From assembly GCF_009914755.1 (NCBI RefSeq), contig NC_060936.1: a stretch of DNA of 64,000 nucleotides; one strand, 5' to 3'. The notes under the pieces are model-generated. The model searched no databases. It saw only the letters and a list, made by a program, of their open reading frames with translations, and was not told where the DNA came from. Within the stretch, counting starts at the first letter, position 1. The number at the start of each line of letters is the position of its first letter. A program made the translations under genes and the position numbers. This DNA comes from the human T2T-CHM13v2.0 reference genome, Homo sapiens. Positions 50,021-63,966 of the stretch are shown here, one piece after another.

Positions 50021-50185
50021 GGGTGACCAATCCCCTGCTTGCCACTCTCCACAAGGGGTAAAACAGTCCCATATTTCAGCAGGTCGGGGTAAGTGGGCAC
50101 AATATGATTCATCTGCTATTCTATCAAGAGCATCACGACAGCTTACATAGCGGGCTTGAGTACCTCTTCCACAAGATACGGAGCA
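50021..50185 (-). CDS. ADAMTS20: ADAMTS20 coding exon, TSR (CSVSCGRGTQARYVSC...WQAGDWSP)
   Basis: Weak acceptor ttcttaaaaag|TGC and donor CCC|gtaagt; 165 nt, phase 0-0. Confidence 0.94.
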
Positions 50186-50714
50186 CTTTTTAAGAAATCA
50201 AATTGTATCCGGGCATTATACAGTAGTACCTCACCCATGTCCCTTTTACATAGCTGTTACTCACATTTCTAAAACATCCAGTTTCTTGAGAAATTTTAAA
50301 TTATTATAGATAATATTACCTGACATCACTTCTGAGTCAAATAAAGATGGGGTAGTGAATATTCCAATCAGTTTAGATCATAAATTTCACAAATAATGTA
50401 TAGTAATTTCAATAATACATAAATATAATGATTTAAAATAATGCTTAGTTATTTGCTAAAATTAAAGATACTTAAAATATTTTAGGTAAGAGAATCTTAT
50501 GATATCAATAAAAATAATTTTGATATATAATATCTACTACTAAGTAACAGATAGATATAATTCCATAATTAAAATATTCAGAGAATATATGAAGCTTAAA
50601 AATACATATTCTACAAGATTTTAGCAACGTATACTCCACATACGTTAAAGCTTTCAGTGTAGAAAAACAACATGAAAATGTTTGTAGTTCAAATAAAAGC
50701 CGATACAGCCTAAT

Positions 50715-50890
50715 ACTAAATCTGATTCTCATAACAACCTGTGACGTAAGTATTATTAGTATTCCCATTTTGAAGATTAGAAAATATACTCAGAAAACTT
50801 CAATTTCTTGTCCAGAGACACAGAGCTCTTGAAAGGCAAAGGACTTAGCCATTAATTCCTAATTCTAAACCCTATACTTCTTTGATGCCA
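50715..50890 (-). mobile_element. MIR SINE
   Basis: ctcataacaacctgtga..tattcccattttg..gat core. Confidence 0.65.
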
Positions 50891-51002
50891 TCAAAATATC
50901 TGAGAATAAATGTATACATTGTGAAATCTCTAGCAACCATTTTGTTGATGTCTAAAAGCTACCATAATAGAAACACTGTATCTATTAAAGAAATTCACTT
51001 AC

Positions 51003-51110
51003 TGGGGTCCAAGAACCATGTCGCCATTGTGCCATCTTTTTTATGAGAACAGTTGGTAATAAAGCGGTCTCAAGTTTAGAAATAAATGAGCAAGGTGTAA
51101 GTACACAGCT
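51003..51110 (-). CDS. ADAMTS20: ADAMTS20 coding exon, TSR end plus linker (SCVLTPCSF...QWRHGSWTP)
   Basis: Acceptor ttctgaacag|AGC and donor CCA|gtaagt; 108 nt, phase 0-0. Confidence 0.93.
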
Positions 51111-51737
51111 CTGTTCAGAAGAAAAATGGTTCTCGTAAAACATTAATTAATGACTGATTTATACAAAATCTAATACTTCACTTCTTCTGTATGTCTCAAG
51201 AACCGTTCCATACTAAATTAGAAATTGGTAATATGAATGTTTTCATTTTCAAAAGCACTAACTACAGTATCGTCAAGTGTCAATAGTGGATAATGACTGA
51301 ATCCTAAAGTTTGGACCATTCTGTTTGATTGCTGAAAAGGAAAAGAGCTTCAGTCCTTTAAAAATACTGCTCAGCTAAAACATTCTGAACGGACACAAAA
51401 CTCTACCTTAAAAAACACAATACACTTTAGGAGTTCATGATATTTATAATAATAGATATAACCTTCTTCTTCAGTTCAAAGAATGGAAATTCACAAGTTA
51501 AATGAGTGAGCCCTTAGCAGATAAAGAGTAAAAAAAAAAAAAAAATTCATTGATAAAGCTACAAAGCTGGCAAAACCAAGAACAACAAATTCTATTTTTT
51601 TGCCTCTCTCTCACACATACACGTTTTTAAGGCATACAAGTTTAAGTGGAAAAAAATAAGTAAAGAAATAATTTTAACACATCAATAATCTTTCTGTCTC
51701 ATAAATCTTTTTGTTTGTAAACCATGATTCTTTTTAC

Positions 51738-51857
51738 CTGTCTGTCACTGGGGCGACTAGCTTCATGGCATTCTGTGTCCTCTAACACTGCACTAGCTAG
51801 CTCATTGACACATTTAACATCTCGCATCTGATACCCATGTCCACATGTGGTTGTGCA
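51738..51857 (-). CDS. ADAMTS20: ADAMTS20 coding exon, TSR (CTTTCGHGYQMRDVKC...RPSDRQ)
   Basis: Acceptor ttctttcag|TGC and donor CAG|gtaaaa; 120 nt, phase 0-0. Confidence 0.95.
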
Positions 51858-52717
51858 CTGAAAGAAGAATATAGATATTAAAAAAACATTGTTTCCCAGA
51901 AGTTACACAAACTTCTATTTTCTTAATGAATACCCTGTTAATAATATACTTTTAATAATCTTTTTATCAATCCTTTATACTAGATTTAAGACTTAAAAAG
52001 AGCAAATTCAATAAATATGCATATTTATTCAAATTAAGTAAATACCAAATATTGAAGTTAACCAAACTGTACAACAATTAATGTATTCTGAAAAGTTGTC
52101 ATATAAAAATATAAATAGAGGCCTGATATTTTAGAAAGCAGTCAATATGATTTAAGGAAACTAAATATTTTTCAAACACCACCTAGTGTATGCATGTCAT
52201 TTAATATACTAAGTAAATTTTAAAGAGACAAAGAAGGAACAGCATATAAAGTTAAAGGGAAAATGAGAGAAGGCTTCCTGTCAACTGTGGCAACCTCTAC
52301 AGAATAATAAGCTACTCCATCCTCATCCAGCCTGATCATTGCTCATCCTGCAGACTCCTAGCTGCCTGTTCAGCAAAACGTCTAAACGATGCCTATCCTA
52401 AAAACAATAAAGATATCAATGCAGACACAGAGATGAAAATATTTATAATCTAAATAAAGCTGATAAAAGCATAAAGTCTGTAGCATTTTGGTTAACAAAA
52501 GGGAATTTAAAAGCAAAGCTGAAATATTTATTACAGAAAAATTAGCAGTACTATCAACATGTTACACATAAAGATTCACATTTCAGGGTTGCTGTTGTTT
52601 TTTAATAAACCAAGCCAAATTCCATTGCATCCACTAAGGGAGGAGTAAATATAACACAACTTTTGTGCTATTCTGTAAAGATAGATCAAATTAGAAAAAC
52701 CCATATCATATACTCAC

Positions 52718-52882
52718 AGGACCCCATGGTCCTACTTGCCAGGAAGCACATGTATGAAGTTCACATGGACTCAGAGATTCAGGTTTGGTACTTGAATTAC
52801 AGAAGCCATCACTCAAGTGATCTACATTCAGCTGACACCATACCTGCCGCTGCTTTGTTCCTTTACCACATGTAACAAGGCA
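52718..52882 (-). CDS. ADAMTS20: ADAMTS20 coding exon, TSR (CLVTCGKGTKQRQVWC...WQVGPWGP)
   Basis: Acceptor ttcttacag|TGC and donor CCT|gtgagt; 165 nt, phase 0-0. Confidence 0.95.
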
Positions 52883-53253
52883 CTGTAAGAATAAAACTGA
52901 TCATTATTTATTTGCAGCATTAGTCAACACAAATGCCTTAAACTGATGCAATGATCAATTTGCATATAGAAATACAGTTGAAAAACCATTCCCAAATTCA
53001 TTTTCCCTCACTCCACCAGAGATATTCACTGGGTAAAATCAGCCTGCCCCTAACTTCTGCTGCCCAAGTCCCACTGAAACATCCATTTATCCTAGAAACA
53101 AAGGTGCAAAACTAACCTTAGAATAAGTATTCATCCCAGGCTGCTGTGGACCCTGGCACTTTCTTATGCAAAGGGTTATAGATTAAATATCAGTTAGTGT
53201 TATTACTAGTCAGATACTGTAAATAGTATAAAGACAAACTATCTTGTATATTT

Positions 53254-53540
53254 CTTTTTTTTTTTTTGAGACAGATTCTCACTCTGTCACCCATGCTGGA
53301 GTGCAGTGGCCAATCTCAGCTTACCGCAATCTCTGCTCATTGATACTTCACGTCCCAGACTCAAGCAGTCCTCCCACCTCAGCCTCCCGAGTAGCTGGGA
53401 CCACAGGTGTGTGTCACCACATCCAGCTAAATTTCACTATGTTGCTCAGGCTGGTCTTGAACATCTGAGCTCAAGCAATCCACCCACCTCAGTTTCCCAG
53501 AGTGCTGGTATTACAGGCATGAGACACTGTGTGCCTGGCC
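53254..53540 (-). mobile_element. AluJ with internal indels
   Basis: Reverse-strand Alu lacking the central A-rich linker; approximate TSD t(a/g)tctt(g/a)ta(t/a)attt. Confidence 0.87.
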
Positions 53541-53689
53541 TGTCTTATAAATTTCTGACAGCTTTGATAATAGTTATTTACAAAATGATGAAATAAATTT
53601 AAGCACTTTTAAATTTTGTAAAGTCTTAGATTACAAAGCTTTACTAACACAATATTTTAATAGTTCCAAGCATCATGTGTTTAATGTAC

Positions 53690-53854
53690 CTCGCTCCATT
53701 CACTAGCAGCCCAACTGGGACAGGAAAATTCATTGCAATTCTCTCTCGTCACTCGGGACAGTTCTTGGCATTCATTGTCAGCAAGACGATGGCCAAAGTT
53801 ATTCATACAATAAGATTCTCGAGACCTTTCCCCTCCTCCACAACTCCTGGAACA
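53690..53854 (-). CDS. ADAMTS20: ADAMTS20 coding exon, TSR (CSRSCGGGERSRESYC...WAASEWSE)
   Basis: Acceptor ttttaatcag|TGT and donor GAG|gtacat; 165 nt, phase 0-0. Confidence 0.95.
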
Positions 53855-53986
53855 CTGATTAAAAAAAAAAAAGTGGTAACTAATGGAAAAAAATCAGATT
53901 TTCAACAAAATTATACTTCAGAGTAACATAAATACGTAATTAGAAAGAAAGGGGCAACTTTTTTTAAGCAATCATTTTTATTGTAC

Positions 53987-54197
53987 CTGAGACCATTCTG
54001 AATAATGCCATCTTGTGAAGACACAGTTACCATGGCATAGTTCTTGGGTAGGAGGTTTAAGCTGGTCACCACAGTAGTGGTCATCAACTTGAACAGTCTG
54101 TCCTTCATGAATGGAATACTTCATGCAATGGATGTCCAAGGTTCTATATCCTTGACCACATTGGGATGAACATTCACTTTTGCCAATAACATGCCAC
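53987..54197 (-). CDS. ADAMTS20: ADAMTS20 coding exon, TSR (R-WHVIGKSECSSQCGQG...WHYSEWSQ)
   Basis: Acceptor ttttttcaag|G and donor CAG|gtacaa; 211 nt, phase 2 to 0. The correct frame is not in the ORF track. Confidence 0.95.
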
Positions 54198-55062
54198 CTT
54201 GAAAAAAGATGTTACTATACTTAGGAGGTATATTACATAATTTAAAAACAGATTCAGAGACACTCATGCATTCAGTTTTTAAAATCCTAAAAGTTGATAG
54301 ACAAACCACCAAAAAACAAAACCAGTCTGCAGCCAGGAAGCCAGCATTATACTACTGACCTCATGCCAGCACTTGGTGGTAGCTTTGGAGGTGCGTCCAA
54401 GGAACCCCAAGCTTCCTCAAAAACCTCTGAAAACAACTGGTTTAGATTATGATTACCCAATTACTTAGTGGCAGATTTAAGATAATAACTGAACATATCT
54501 GACTGCCAATCAGATAGTTTATCCCTATGCAATCCTCTATAAGTATTTCGATTTTATGACCAGGGAACGTCTAGGAATTTGACTACATCAATAAAAATAA
54601 AGCATTTAAAAAGTTAACTTGTTTTTGCAAAGTACACTACACTTTCTCATTCATTCCTGTAATCTATATTTAGACATGTTTCCAGGTAAAACATGTCTTC
54701 CACAAGTAAAAATGTTAGTTATAGCCAAATTATCCCAATTGTAGTCTAGCATTCATCAATGTGAGGGCACCAGTATAACAAAACACAGAATTCACAGAAT
54801 TCATTTCCGTCCCTAATAGCATCTCAAGAATTTCACTGTGCTTCCTTTTACTACTATGTAGTGGATGCAACTTATATAGGCAGTTCTACTACTGTGCTTC
54901 TGCTATGCCTTCAACCAACATCATAAATATATAGAAATTCTCATCAAGTGAAAGAGGTTCTGGCCATACCTGAATGTTAAATGGCACCTGCTACAATGCT
55001 AAAAATAAATGTATAAATATGATAGATGGACTCATTGTATACCATGTCACTACAAGACCAAT

Positions 55063-55086
55063 CACGCACACACACACATGCACACA

Positions 55087-55118
<32 letters not shown>
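55063..55118. repeat. Interrupted (CA)n microsatellite
   Basis: Read directly from the sequence. Confidence 0.9.
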
Positions 55119-55121
<3 letters not shown>

Positions 55122-55620
55122 CAAATAACAAGAAATTTAAATTAGAAGTATAAACTTGCTGTCATGATCTAGGATCAATTTCCCTAAAGTTTAATGGACA
55201 AAATACTGATAGAATGTCAAGGAAATCAATCAATTTGATTTCTCCAAACTTCAGAAGTTTACTGGTTCATTAATTCCGTGGAAAGTAAAGAATCATGCTA
55301 AAAAATTTATTGTTTCAGATCTTTAAACCATCCATTTTCAGATAACAGTTTACTTGTATTTATTTTACAGACAAAATTACAATCTTTTTCTACATAAAAT
55401 ATTGAGGCCTATATACTGGTATTCAGAAAATACTATGAATGAAAATTCAAATCAATTATGTACTGAGTTTTACCATAAAATAGTGAGCCTGAAATTTTTT
55501 CATGGCATGGCAGATGATGAGTAATAATTGCATGTCCATGCTGTGTCAGTCACTGTGTTAGACATTTTAATCTTAGCTCACTTATTAATCTGGTTATATT
55601 ACATATTATTTCTCTTTTAC

Positions 55621-55747
55621 CTTAGTTCACAGTCTGTATTGCAACTTTGAGTAACAAATGATGGAAGTGGCAAGTGGTCACATTCTTTATCAGACACAAC
55701 ACTATGATCACTCTTATGTATGCAAGTTATGTTTCTTCGCTGAAGAC
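55621..55747 (-). CDS. ADAMTS20: ADAMTS20 coding exon, TSR (G-LQRRNITC...SCNTDCEL-R)
   Basis: Acceptor ttggccaag|GT and donor AAG|gtaaaa; 127 nt, phase 1 to 2; frame continuous with both neighbours. Confidence 0.93.
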
Positions 55748-56364
55748 CTTGGCCAAAGTCAAATGAAAATAAAAAATGAAAGAAAAATTCACAGTTAGAT
55801 GTTCCATAATTATGTAATTCTGCTAATAGCTTAAAGGAGCCAGCTAAGCAAGTAAAAATTTCCAATGCAACATACAGGATATACTAGTATATTAATCTAA
55901 TGAGGAATGACTTTTTATAATAAGTAAGCTGAATCCTGAATGACTGAAAGTTTGCTTAATGAAGAGATGTACAGAAGATGGGACAGGCATTGGAGTAAAA
56001 TGAAATTCACTATAGTGGGATAGAGTGGTTGTTGGTGAATAATTGAGTAGCTAAGGACAGCACTGTTGCTATACAGTACACTATATTACTGTCATCCATC
56101 AGCTACCTCAGCTACCTCCCATTTTCCCATAAGAGGATTGCACATCTCTATTGCTGCAATGTTATAGTAACTTCCTGTAGGGGAAGAACTCTTTCCTGTT
56201 GATTGGCATCAGGCTTTTTATCAACCGACTGAAAAGGAATGTGACCTATTCCAGTCCCACCCAGCTCTCTTTCCTTTTTCCCTCTGCCTCCAGAACATCA
56301 TTTCCCAGATACAGCTGATCTTTCAGCCTGGAATCATGGAAAAAAAAGGCATAGACAGGCAATA

Positions 56365-56736
56365 AAAAGATCAGTGTCTGTCACCAGTTGTGGGGGAAGG
56401 AAGGAAGAATAAATAGATGAAGCACAAGAGATTTGTAGGGCAGTGAAACTACTATGTATGATATTATATTGGTGAATACATGTCACTATACGTTTGTCAA
56501 ACCATAGAATTTACAACACAAATAGTAAACTCTAATGTAAACTATGGACTTTAGTTAATAATAATGCATCAAAATTGGCTCATCAATTGCACAAATGTGC
56601 CACATTAATGCAAGATGTTAATAATAGAGGAGTGTGGAGGAGAATGGCAGAGGGAAGAAAGATGAATATGCAAACTTTCTGTACTTTCTACTCAATTTTT
56701 CAGTAAACCTAAAACTTCTCTAAAAAATAAAGTCTA
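56365..56736 (+). mobile_element. L1MC/MD-like 3' end, nested in an MLT-like LTR (about 56075-56360 and 57090-57235)
   Basis: tagggcagtgaaacta...taatgtaaactatggacttt...aaaaaataaagtcta; LTR-like aataaacctttattgtt..aagccattaagatttgg downstream. Confidence 0.7.
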
Positions 56737-57065
56737 GGCCGGGCGTGTTGGCTCACACCTGTAATCTCAGCACTTTGGGAAGCTGAGGCGGGCGGATCAC
56801 GAGGTCAGGAGATCAAGACCATCCTGGCTAACAAGGTGAAACCCCGTCTCTATTAAAAATACAGAAATTAGCCAGGCGTGGTGGTGGGTGCCTGTAGTCC
56901 CAGCTACTCGGGAGGCTGAGACAGGAGAATGGTGGGTGAACCCAGGAGGCAGAGCTTGCAGTGAGCCGAGATCGCACCACTGCACTCCAGCCTGGGCAAC
57001 AGAGTGAGACTCCATTTCTAAAAAAAAAAACAAAACAAAAAAATAAAAATAAAAATAAAATAAAA
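56737..57065 (+). mobile_element. AluY/Sc-like element in the L1 tail
   Basis: Dimeric Alu; TSD ending aaagtcta on both sides. Confidence 0.9.
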
Positions 57066-57339
57066 AAAAAGTCTATAAAAAAAAAAAACATGGATACAGA
57101 TACCAAGTTGGAGTAGACCCATAGCCAATTAGCAGCCAAAACATGACATGAGCAATAAATAAACCTTTATTGTTCCAAGCCATTAAGATTTGGTGGTTTG
57201 CATGCAGGATAACTACAGCAAAAGCAAACTAAGAGAAGTGGTCATAACTGACCAGAGTCATTTGAACTTTATGCTTTCTGCAATGAGGAGACAGTAAAGA
57301 GTTTAAGCAGTCAGTGACATGAACAAATTTCTGTTTTAT

Positions 57340-59500
57340 CAAAGTTCAACTTTGTGCTTCCAGTTAACTAAACATGATTATATATGTTATCTCTGCTCCT
57401 TTCTCAATATCTTTTGAAATGACTATGAGAAATTCTGAAAACGCATAAACGTAAAAGAAGAAAAAAAGGAAAAGAAAAAAAACAGCAAGGAAATGAAATT
57501 TTGAATATGAAAAGTAGATGGAAATAACTATTTAACAGAGCCAAGGAATTGGAACCTAAGCCTGCAAAGTGGGAAAGTAAATAAGCAACAAATCATTCAT
57601 GACATAGAACCCAAGAGAGGCCCAGGAATGGAAAACACCAGGTTCCTCTGACAGGGCGAATGTGTGAGGGGTAGGCCTGAAATAATAAAGAATTAATTGA
57701 AAAGTATTTTAAAAGAATGGTTAGACCACTAGCTTCCTAGTTGAGAACAGCACTATCCAATGAAAACAGAATGTGAACCACATCTGGAACTTTATATTTT
57801 CTAGTAGTCACGTTAAAAAAAAAAGTTAAATTAATTTTAATAACCTTTATGTTTAGCCCCAAATATTTAAAATATGATCATTTGAACATATCAATATAAA
57901 ATTATTAATAATATATTTTACGTTCTTTTTTCATTCTAAGTCTTCCAGATTTAGCATGCATTTAACACTTACAGCACATTTCAATAGATTAGCCACACAT
58001 GGCTAGCGGCTACCATATTGCACAGCATAGCTCTAGAAAAAGTGAACTTGAGAGCATAAGACACAGCTGAGAAAAGCTGGGAACACACTCTACTGAAACA
58101 AGGTGGCTAAATAAAATTCCCCACACTGAATGATGTGATCCCAGCCCATTCAGCGCTCAATCTCCTGCTGGCACCATGCCAACTTCTGTTATCCCGCAGC
58201 ACCCTCATGACAATCAGAAGATGAGAGAATTCCTCTCTTGCAGGACCGTTTAACTCAAGAAAAAAGATCAACTGACAATAACATTTGAGACTTCTCTCCA
58301 ATGACATATGAGAGGGCTACTTAATGACCAAATTACTCTATAATGAAACTTCTAGTTAACTTGTCTGACCCACAGAGGGCTTTCAATCAGACTTTTAGTA
58401 CTTTTAAAATATGAACAAACAGCGCAAGGTCAGTAGACATTCTAGGAAAGCCTCTAACACACACAAAAAAGGTAAAATAAACAAAAACAAAATAGACCTA
58501 GGAGGAAACACATATAAGTGAGGGAGCAGAAGAAAACTTAAAGACTATGATTAATACACTCAGAGATATGATAGAAGGTATTATATTCATAAAACAAAAG
58601 CAAGATGTTATGAGAAGAAACATTAAGAAAACAATGAATTTGAGAGAATAAATTAGAAAAGAAATATCAGTTTAGGAATGTGAACTAGTTTCCCAAAGAT
58701 AAAAGAGAAAAGTTAATGTGAGGAAGTCATCTAAGAACATGATAAATTTCTCAAGACAAAGATTTATGTTTCCAAATTGGAATGGCATCTTAATTACCAG
58801 AAAAATAGATGAAAAAACAACCAAATCAAGGCATATTGTCCTGAAATTTCATACCACTAGAATTAAAGAGAGGATCCACAAAACTTCCAGAATACAACAT
58901 GTCATGTACAAGCATGACAAGCATGAAATTGGAAAACAAGCCAGAAAACAAGAACTTCAAAATTCTAAAGAAAAACATTCTCTATTTATACCAGCTAAAC
59001 TATTGATCGAGCATGAGAATATAGTTATGTCATTTTCAGATATGAAAGGTCTCAAAAATATTCTCTTCTCAAGAAAATACTGAGGGATATGTTCCACCCA
59101 ATGAAAGAAGTAAATCAAAAAGAGGGACTGAGAGGATTTAGAAAACAGGGAATCTAACACAGAATACTGAAGAGAATTCCCAGGACAATAATGAAGGAAA
59201 ATCTCAAAATGACAGTCATTAAACAAGCCTAAAAAACAACATGAACAAATTAGAGAAAAGAGGGCCACAGTAGCCAAAGGTAAAGAAAAAGTGAAAGAAA
59301 AATCAAATTGATAAATTCTATAATATGCTTGACAATATTAAGACAAAATGTAGAGTTCTGATAAAAAGCTTGAGGACTGATAACTTTCAGTACACAGAAA
59401 CAAACAAAAGAGGGAATTTAACTTTAACTTTAGAGAAACTAAAAAAAATACACAAAAAAAGGGAATATAATCAGAGTTCACTATATGGTAAAAGAAATAA
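57340..59500 (+). mobile_element. Decayed L1M 5'/ORF1-region fragments
   Basis: A-rich, with ORF1-like remnants (SRHIVLKF...KERIHK in ORF 58718-59083). Confidence 0.55.
57747..58030. mobile_element. MER33/MER3-like hAT-Charlie element
   Basis: cagcactatccaat...agccacacatggctagcggctaccatattgcacagca termini. Confidence 0.75.
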
Positions 59501-61004
59501 TAGTTGCTTTTCCCCTGCACGCGATTGTTTAAGAGAACTCTCCTGCTTTGGACTCCCAAATCGTCTCCCACCATGTTTTTCCAAACTTCCATTTTGAATC
59601 TTGTTATTCTCTGTGTGTTCACTGCATTTTAAAATGTTCCTTCATTCTCCTGTTTCTGAAATTTCTCCTTCTAGCTCCTTATATCCACGGTCACAGATGA
59701 GCTTACCCACTCAAGTTGGAATGCTGATCCCAGCTCCCCAGATTCCAATTATCTTCTAAAAGGATATTCAGGACCTTTCTGTCAAAATAAATTTTTCCTT
59801 CTTCTATGTTAACCAAAGCTCTGTGTTTTCTACCTCTATTATCCCCGTCTATCTTGCATCATTTCCTTGTATCCCTCCACTGAGACACTGCTAAAATAGG
59901 AACATTTGTTCCCATGAAATCATTCTGGGAAGCACTGTCCAGATGCCACAGGACCAAGACTGTGCCTTTTCCTGAATAGGGCACCACAGTTCCTTTGGCA
60001 CCTCGTCAGGTCAGATGGTAGACTGTTCTTCACATTCTCACCACCTTTGGTCACCGCCTCTTGCTGCCCACTTTCTATGATAAGCTCATCTCCACATGGT
60101 TCGGAGCTTCCTTTGCCCTGACCCACTCCTGCCCTAATTCCCAAGCTATTTCTCTATTCTTCATGAAAACTTTTCTTCCATTCTATACAAAATTCTCTAT
60201 CTTCAGCTTCAGTCTCCTCAAAAACTGCTCCCTCCACCTTTTCTGAGGTCCACACTGTGCGTATCTATAGTACTGTATTTACCATTTTATTAATACATTA
60301 ACATATATATTCATGCATCTGTTTCAAGCACTAAAATAAAACATGAATTCAGAATTGGGATCTTATTAATAATCTGAGCATATTCCCTCAATAAATATGT
60401 ACTGCATTGAACATAATATTACACAATTAAATATTCATAATTACAGACTGCAGACTCTAGTCTTTCCACTTTTTTCCCTACTATAAATTGTCCTGCTGTT
60501 CCCACTCTGCTCCTTTTCCCACTCTATTTCTTTCCATTTTTCATGCCATCTATACAATTATACTTTCTCGTGGTCAGGGAAGGAAAATAAAAGACAAAAG
60601 AATGTTTGATATCTCAACAATAAAAGAGGAAGCCAGGTTGTTGAGAAAGACTGTGTGGAGATGAGTGGAAGAAAAGGCAGATATTTCACCAGGAAGCAGG
60701 ATATATATAAGTTAGAGAAACTTTCTGTGGCTGTGAAAAAGAGAATGAGAACGGGAAAGTAAAAGAACAGTAATAGATAGAGAAGGGTGAAAAGAGTAGC
60801 ATTAAATAGTGCTGTTAAGTATAAGAAACAGAAAGAATTAGTGAAAAAAGTAGAAAGGAAAAAAAGATTGAAAACCTTTGTATGTCTGTGGGATATGTGT
60901 ATGGACAGTGGGGAGGATTCCATAGGCAGCCAAGACTCAAAAGTACCCAAAATGATGCCAGAATGCACAGTCAGTCTTTTCTCCCTTATTGAATGCCAGC
61001 GTAC

Positions 61005-61134
61005 CTTGACACATTTTGGTACAGCCTTCCCATGGTCCATAGGGGTCCCATGTGAACATGTCACTCCTCTCTTCCAAAGGGATATTGAAGGAATAATGTA
61101 CATCAGGGTTGTATAAATTACCCACACACAACAC
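61005..61134 (-). CDS. ADAMTS20: ADAMTS20 coding exon, end of spacer and start of TSR (VLCVGNLYNPDVHYSF...WEGCTKMCQ-G)
   Basis: Acceptor cttattgag|GTG and donor AAG|gtacgc; 130 nt, phase 0 to 1. Confidence 0.94.
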
Positions 61135-61279
61135 CTCAATAAGAATATAAAAGAACATACAATTAATACATAAAAATATATTCTTGACATCATTTTATAT
61201 TTGATAATGTTAAGCACTTAACCAGTAGTTTACTAATATAATTAAATCCAAGTGTTATTACTGATGACTGAGAATTTAC

Positions 61280-61452
61280 CTGCAAAATAAGTTCTTTCTC
61301 TTGTCGATTAGTACTATTAATTCTTTCAACTGCGTTATTTGATCCACTGTATTCAATAACAGTTCTTGTTCCTTGCACATTGATTTCTTTTTTTGACGTA
61401 CTTAGAAGAAAATTTCCATTGAAAAGAAAATTCCCTTCAGCGTCAGATAATG
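61280..61452 (-). CDS. ADAMTS20: ADAMTS20 coding exon, spacer domain ((A)LSDAEGNFLFNGNF...EKELILQ)
   Basis: Acceptor ttttacag|CA and donor CAG|gtaaat; 173 nt, phase 1 to 0; typical ADAMTS spacer sequence (IEYSG..NAVERIN). Confidence 0.95.
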
Positions 61453-61522
61453 CTGTAAAAGAATAAAGCATAACTCATGAAATAGTAACACCAATCAACA
61501 ATACAGAAAACACTTGTTTAAC

Positions 61523-61828
61523 TTTTTTTTTTTTTTTTTTTTGAGACGGAGTCTTGCTCTATCTCCCAGGCTGGAGTACAGTGGCACAATATTGGCTCAC
61601 TGTAACCTTCGCCTCGCCTCTTGGATTCAAACAATTCTCCTGCCTCAGCCTCCCGAGTAGCTGAGATTACAGGCATGCGCCACCACGCCTGGCTAATTTT
61701 TGTATTTTTAGTAGAGACGGGGTTTTGCCATGTTGGCCAGGCTGGTCTCGAACTCCTGACCTCAGGCAATCTGCCCGCTTCGGCCTCTCAAGTGCTAGGA
61801 TTACAGGCGTGAGCAACCGCACCTGGCC
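61523..61828 (-). mobile_element. AluS
   Basis: Reverse-strand Alu; TSD ttgtttaactttt. Confidence 0.92.
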
Positions 61829-62203
61829 TTGTTTAACTTTTAAAGTTCAAATCCTTTTTTGAAATTAAAGAATGCAAAAGTAAATTTATGTTGAGGAAAT
61901 AAACTTTATTTTACTGTAATGTGGGATTTTAACAATAAGTTAGGTAACTTCAGCACATCAGCCAAAGATATTAAAATAAATTCACTCTATACTTTTCTAT
62001 CTCAGATGGTCATCTTCTTTCATGATGTATGTAGCTTCAGAACAAGCAGTGGGAAAGCAGAAAGAAGTCATGACCCCAGCAGACAGATTAGTTCAATCAT
62101 CCTGGTCATCAATGGTAGGGAAAGAAGGAGCAGCCAGACTGCTGCATCATTCCATTTATGCTTATCTTAGAAAAAAGGTACAAAGCTTTAAAACTCTAGG
62201 GTC

Positions 62204-62471
<268 letters not shown>

Positions 62472-63634
62472 CTAGGGTCAACATTCTAGAAGGCCATGCA
62501 ATGACTATGCCATTCTCTATACAAACGTCTAGATCTTCTATAGAAAAGCCCTCTATCCCTGTTAACACATACGTGGGTATCTGCTTTTCAGAATAATACT
62601 CCTATTTCCTTCTCTGTTCATGTCCCCTTCTTGTTCTCTCTTTTTCCCAGTGACAGACATTAATATATACCTATAGAATATGTATATGTGTGTATATTTA
62701 TTTATATACTATATATATACAAATAGAGAAGACAATTATATAGTATGTATTAGTAACATTACTTTTTAAATATAAAATTACATGTCACCCAAAATCATGC
62801 GTAGTAAAAAGAAATCAATGTGGGATAAAAACAATGGATTTAAGTTGTTGTGATTAATGTCTATGTAATCTTGGACAAACCTCATGCTCAGTTTCCTAAA
62901 CTGCATAATAGAAATAATAAACATTTCTATTTCAGTCTTTTAATCAGGATCAAGTTTGAAAAATGTTTGTAAGTGTGTGAATTGTAAAGTACTGTGCTAT
63001 TTATTTTTAATTTTCAAGAGGATGTGTAATACCTAAAATTTTACACTAAGAAAACCCCCATATTAATCAAATACTTTTTTGCTTGCTTAAGTTATACTTT
63101 TCAATGGAATAATAACCTTTCCAGAAAACATTTGTTTGGCATTCCAGGAAACCTCACCGAAAGCGCACAATTATCTATGGCTAACTTCCTAATATAAATA
63201 CAATACCCCTCTGAAAAAGCAATATTGAAGGGATTATTGTAAAATAAATTTGGTGTTTCTGTGTATATGTGGACTAGTATAACTGTCTTTATGTATTACG
63301 CTGAATTCAGTGAGGAACAAACAAAGATCTATATTTAGTCTATGACATAGACATTCCTCTATTTAAGAATCTGCGCTTTATCAAATGTGGCTAGGTCTAT
63401 TTAAGGGATTATTGGTTATGTTAAATTTAAGGGAAATAAACAAAACTTTACTGGCTTAGAAAAAAAGTCTACAAATTTCACTACTTTTAGTTACCAAACG
63501 TCATAAACATAAATGTTTTAAAAATTCCTTCTATTGACATCACATGTCTATTTTACTCACTTCAATTTAGACTTTGATATTTCCGTTTATAATTTTCTCA
63601 CAAAGTATATTGATACTTTATTGGTGAACATTTC

Positions 63635-63966
<332 letters not shown>

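Noticed and set aside
60558-61217. 219-aa minus-strand ORF overlapping an ADAMTS20 exon in another frame
   Set aside because: Mostly T-rich low-complexity intron giving F/L-rich sequence; no domain signal.
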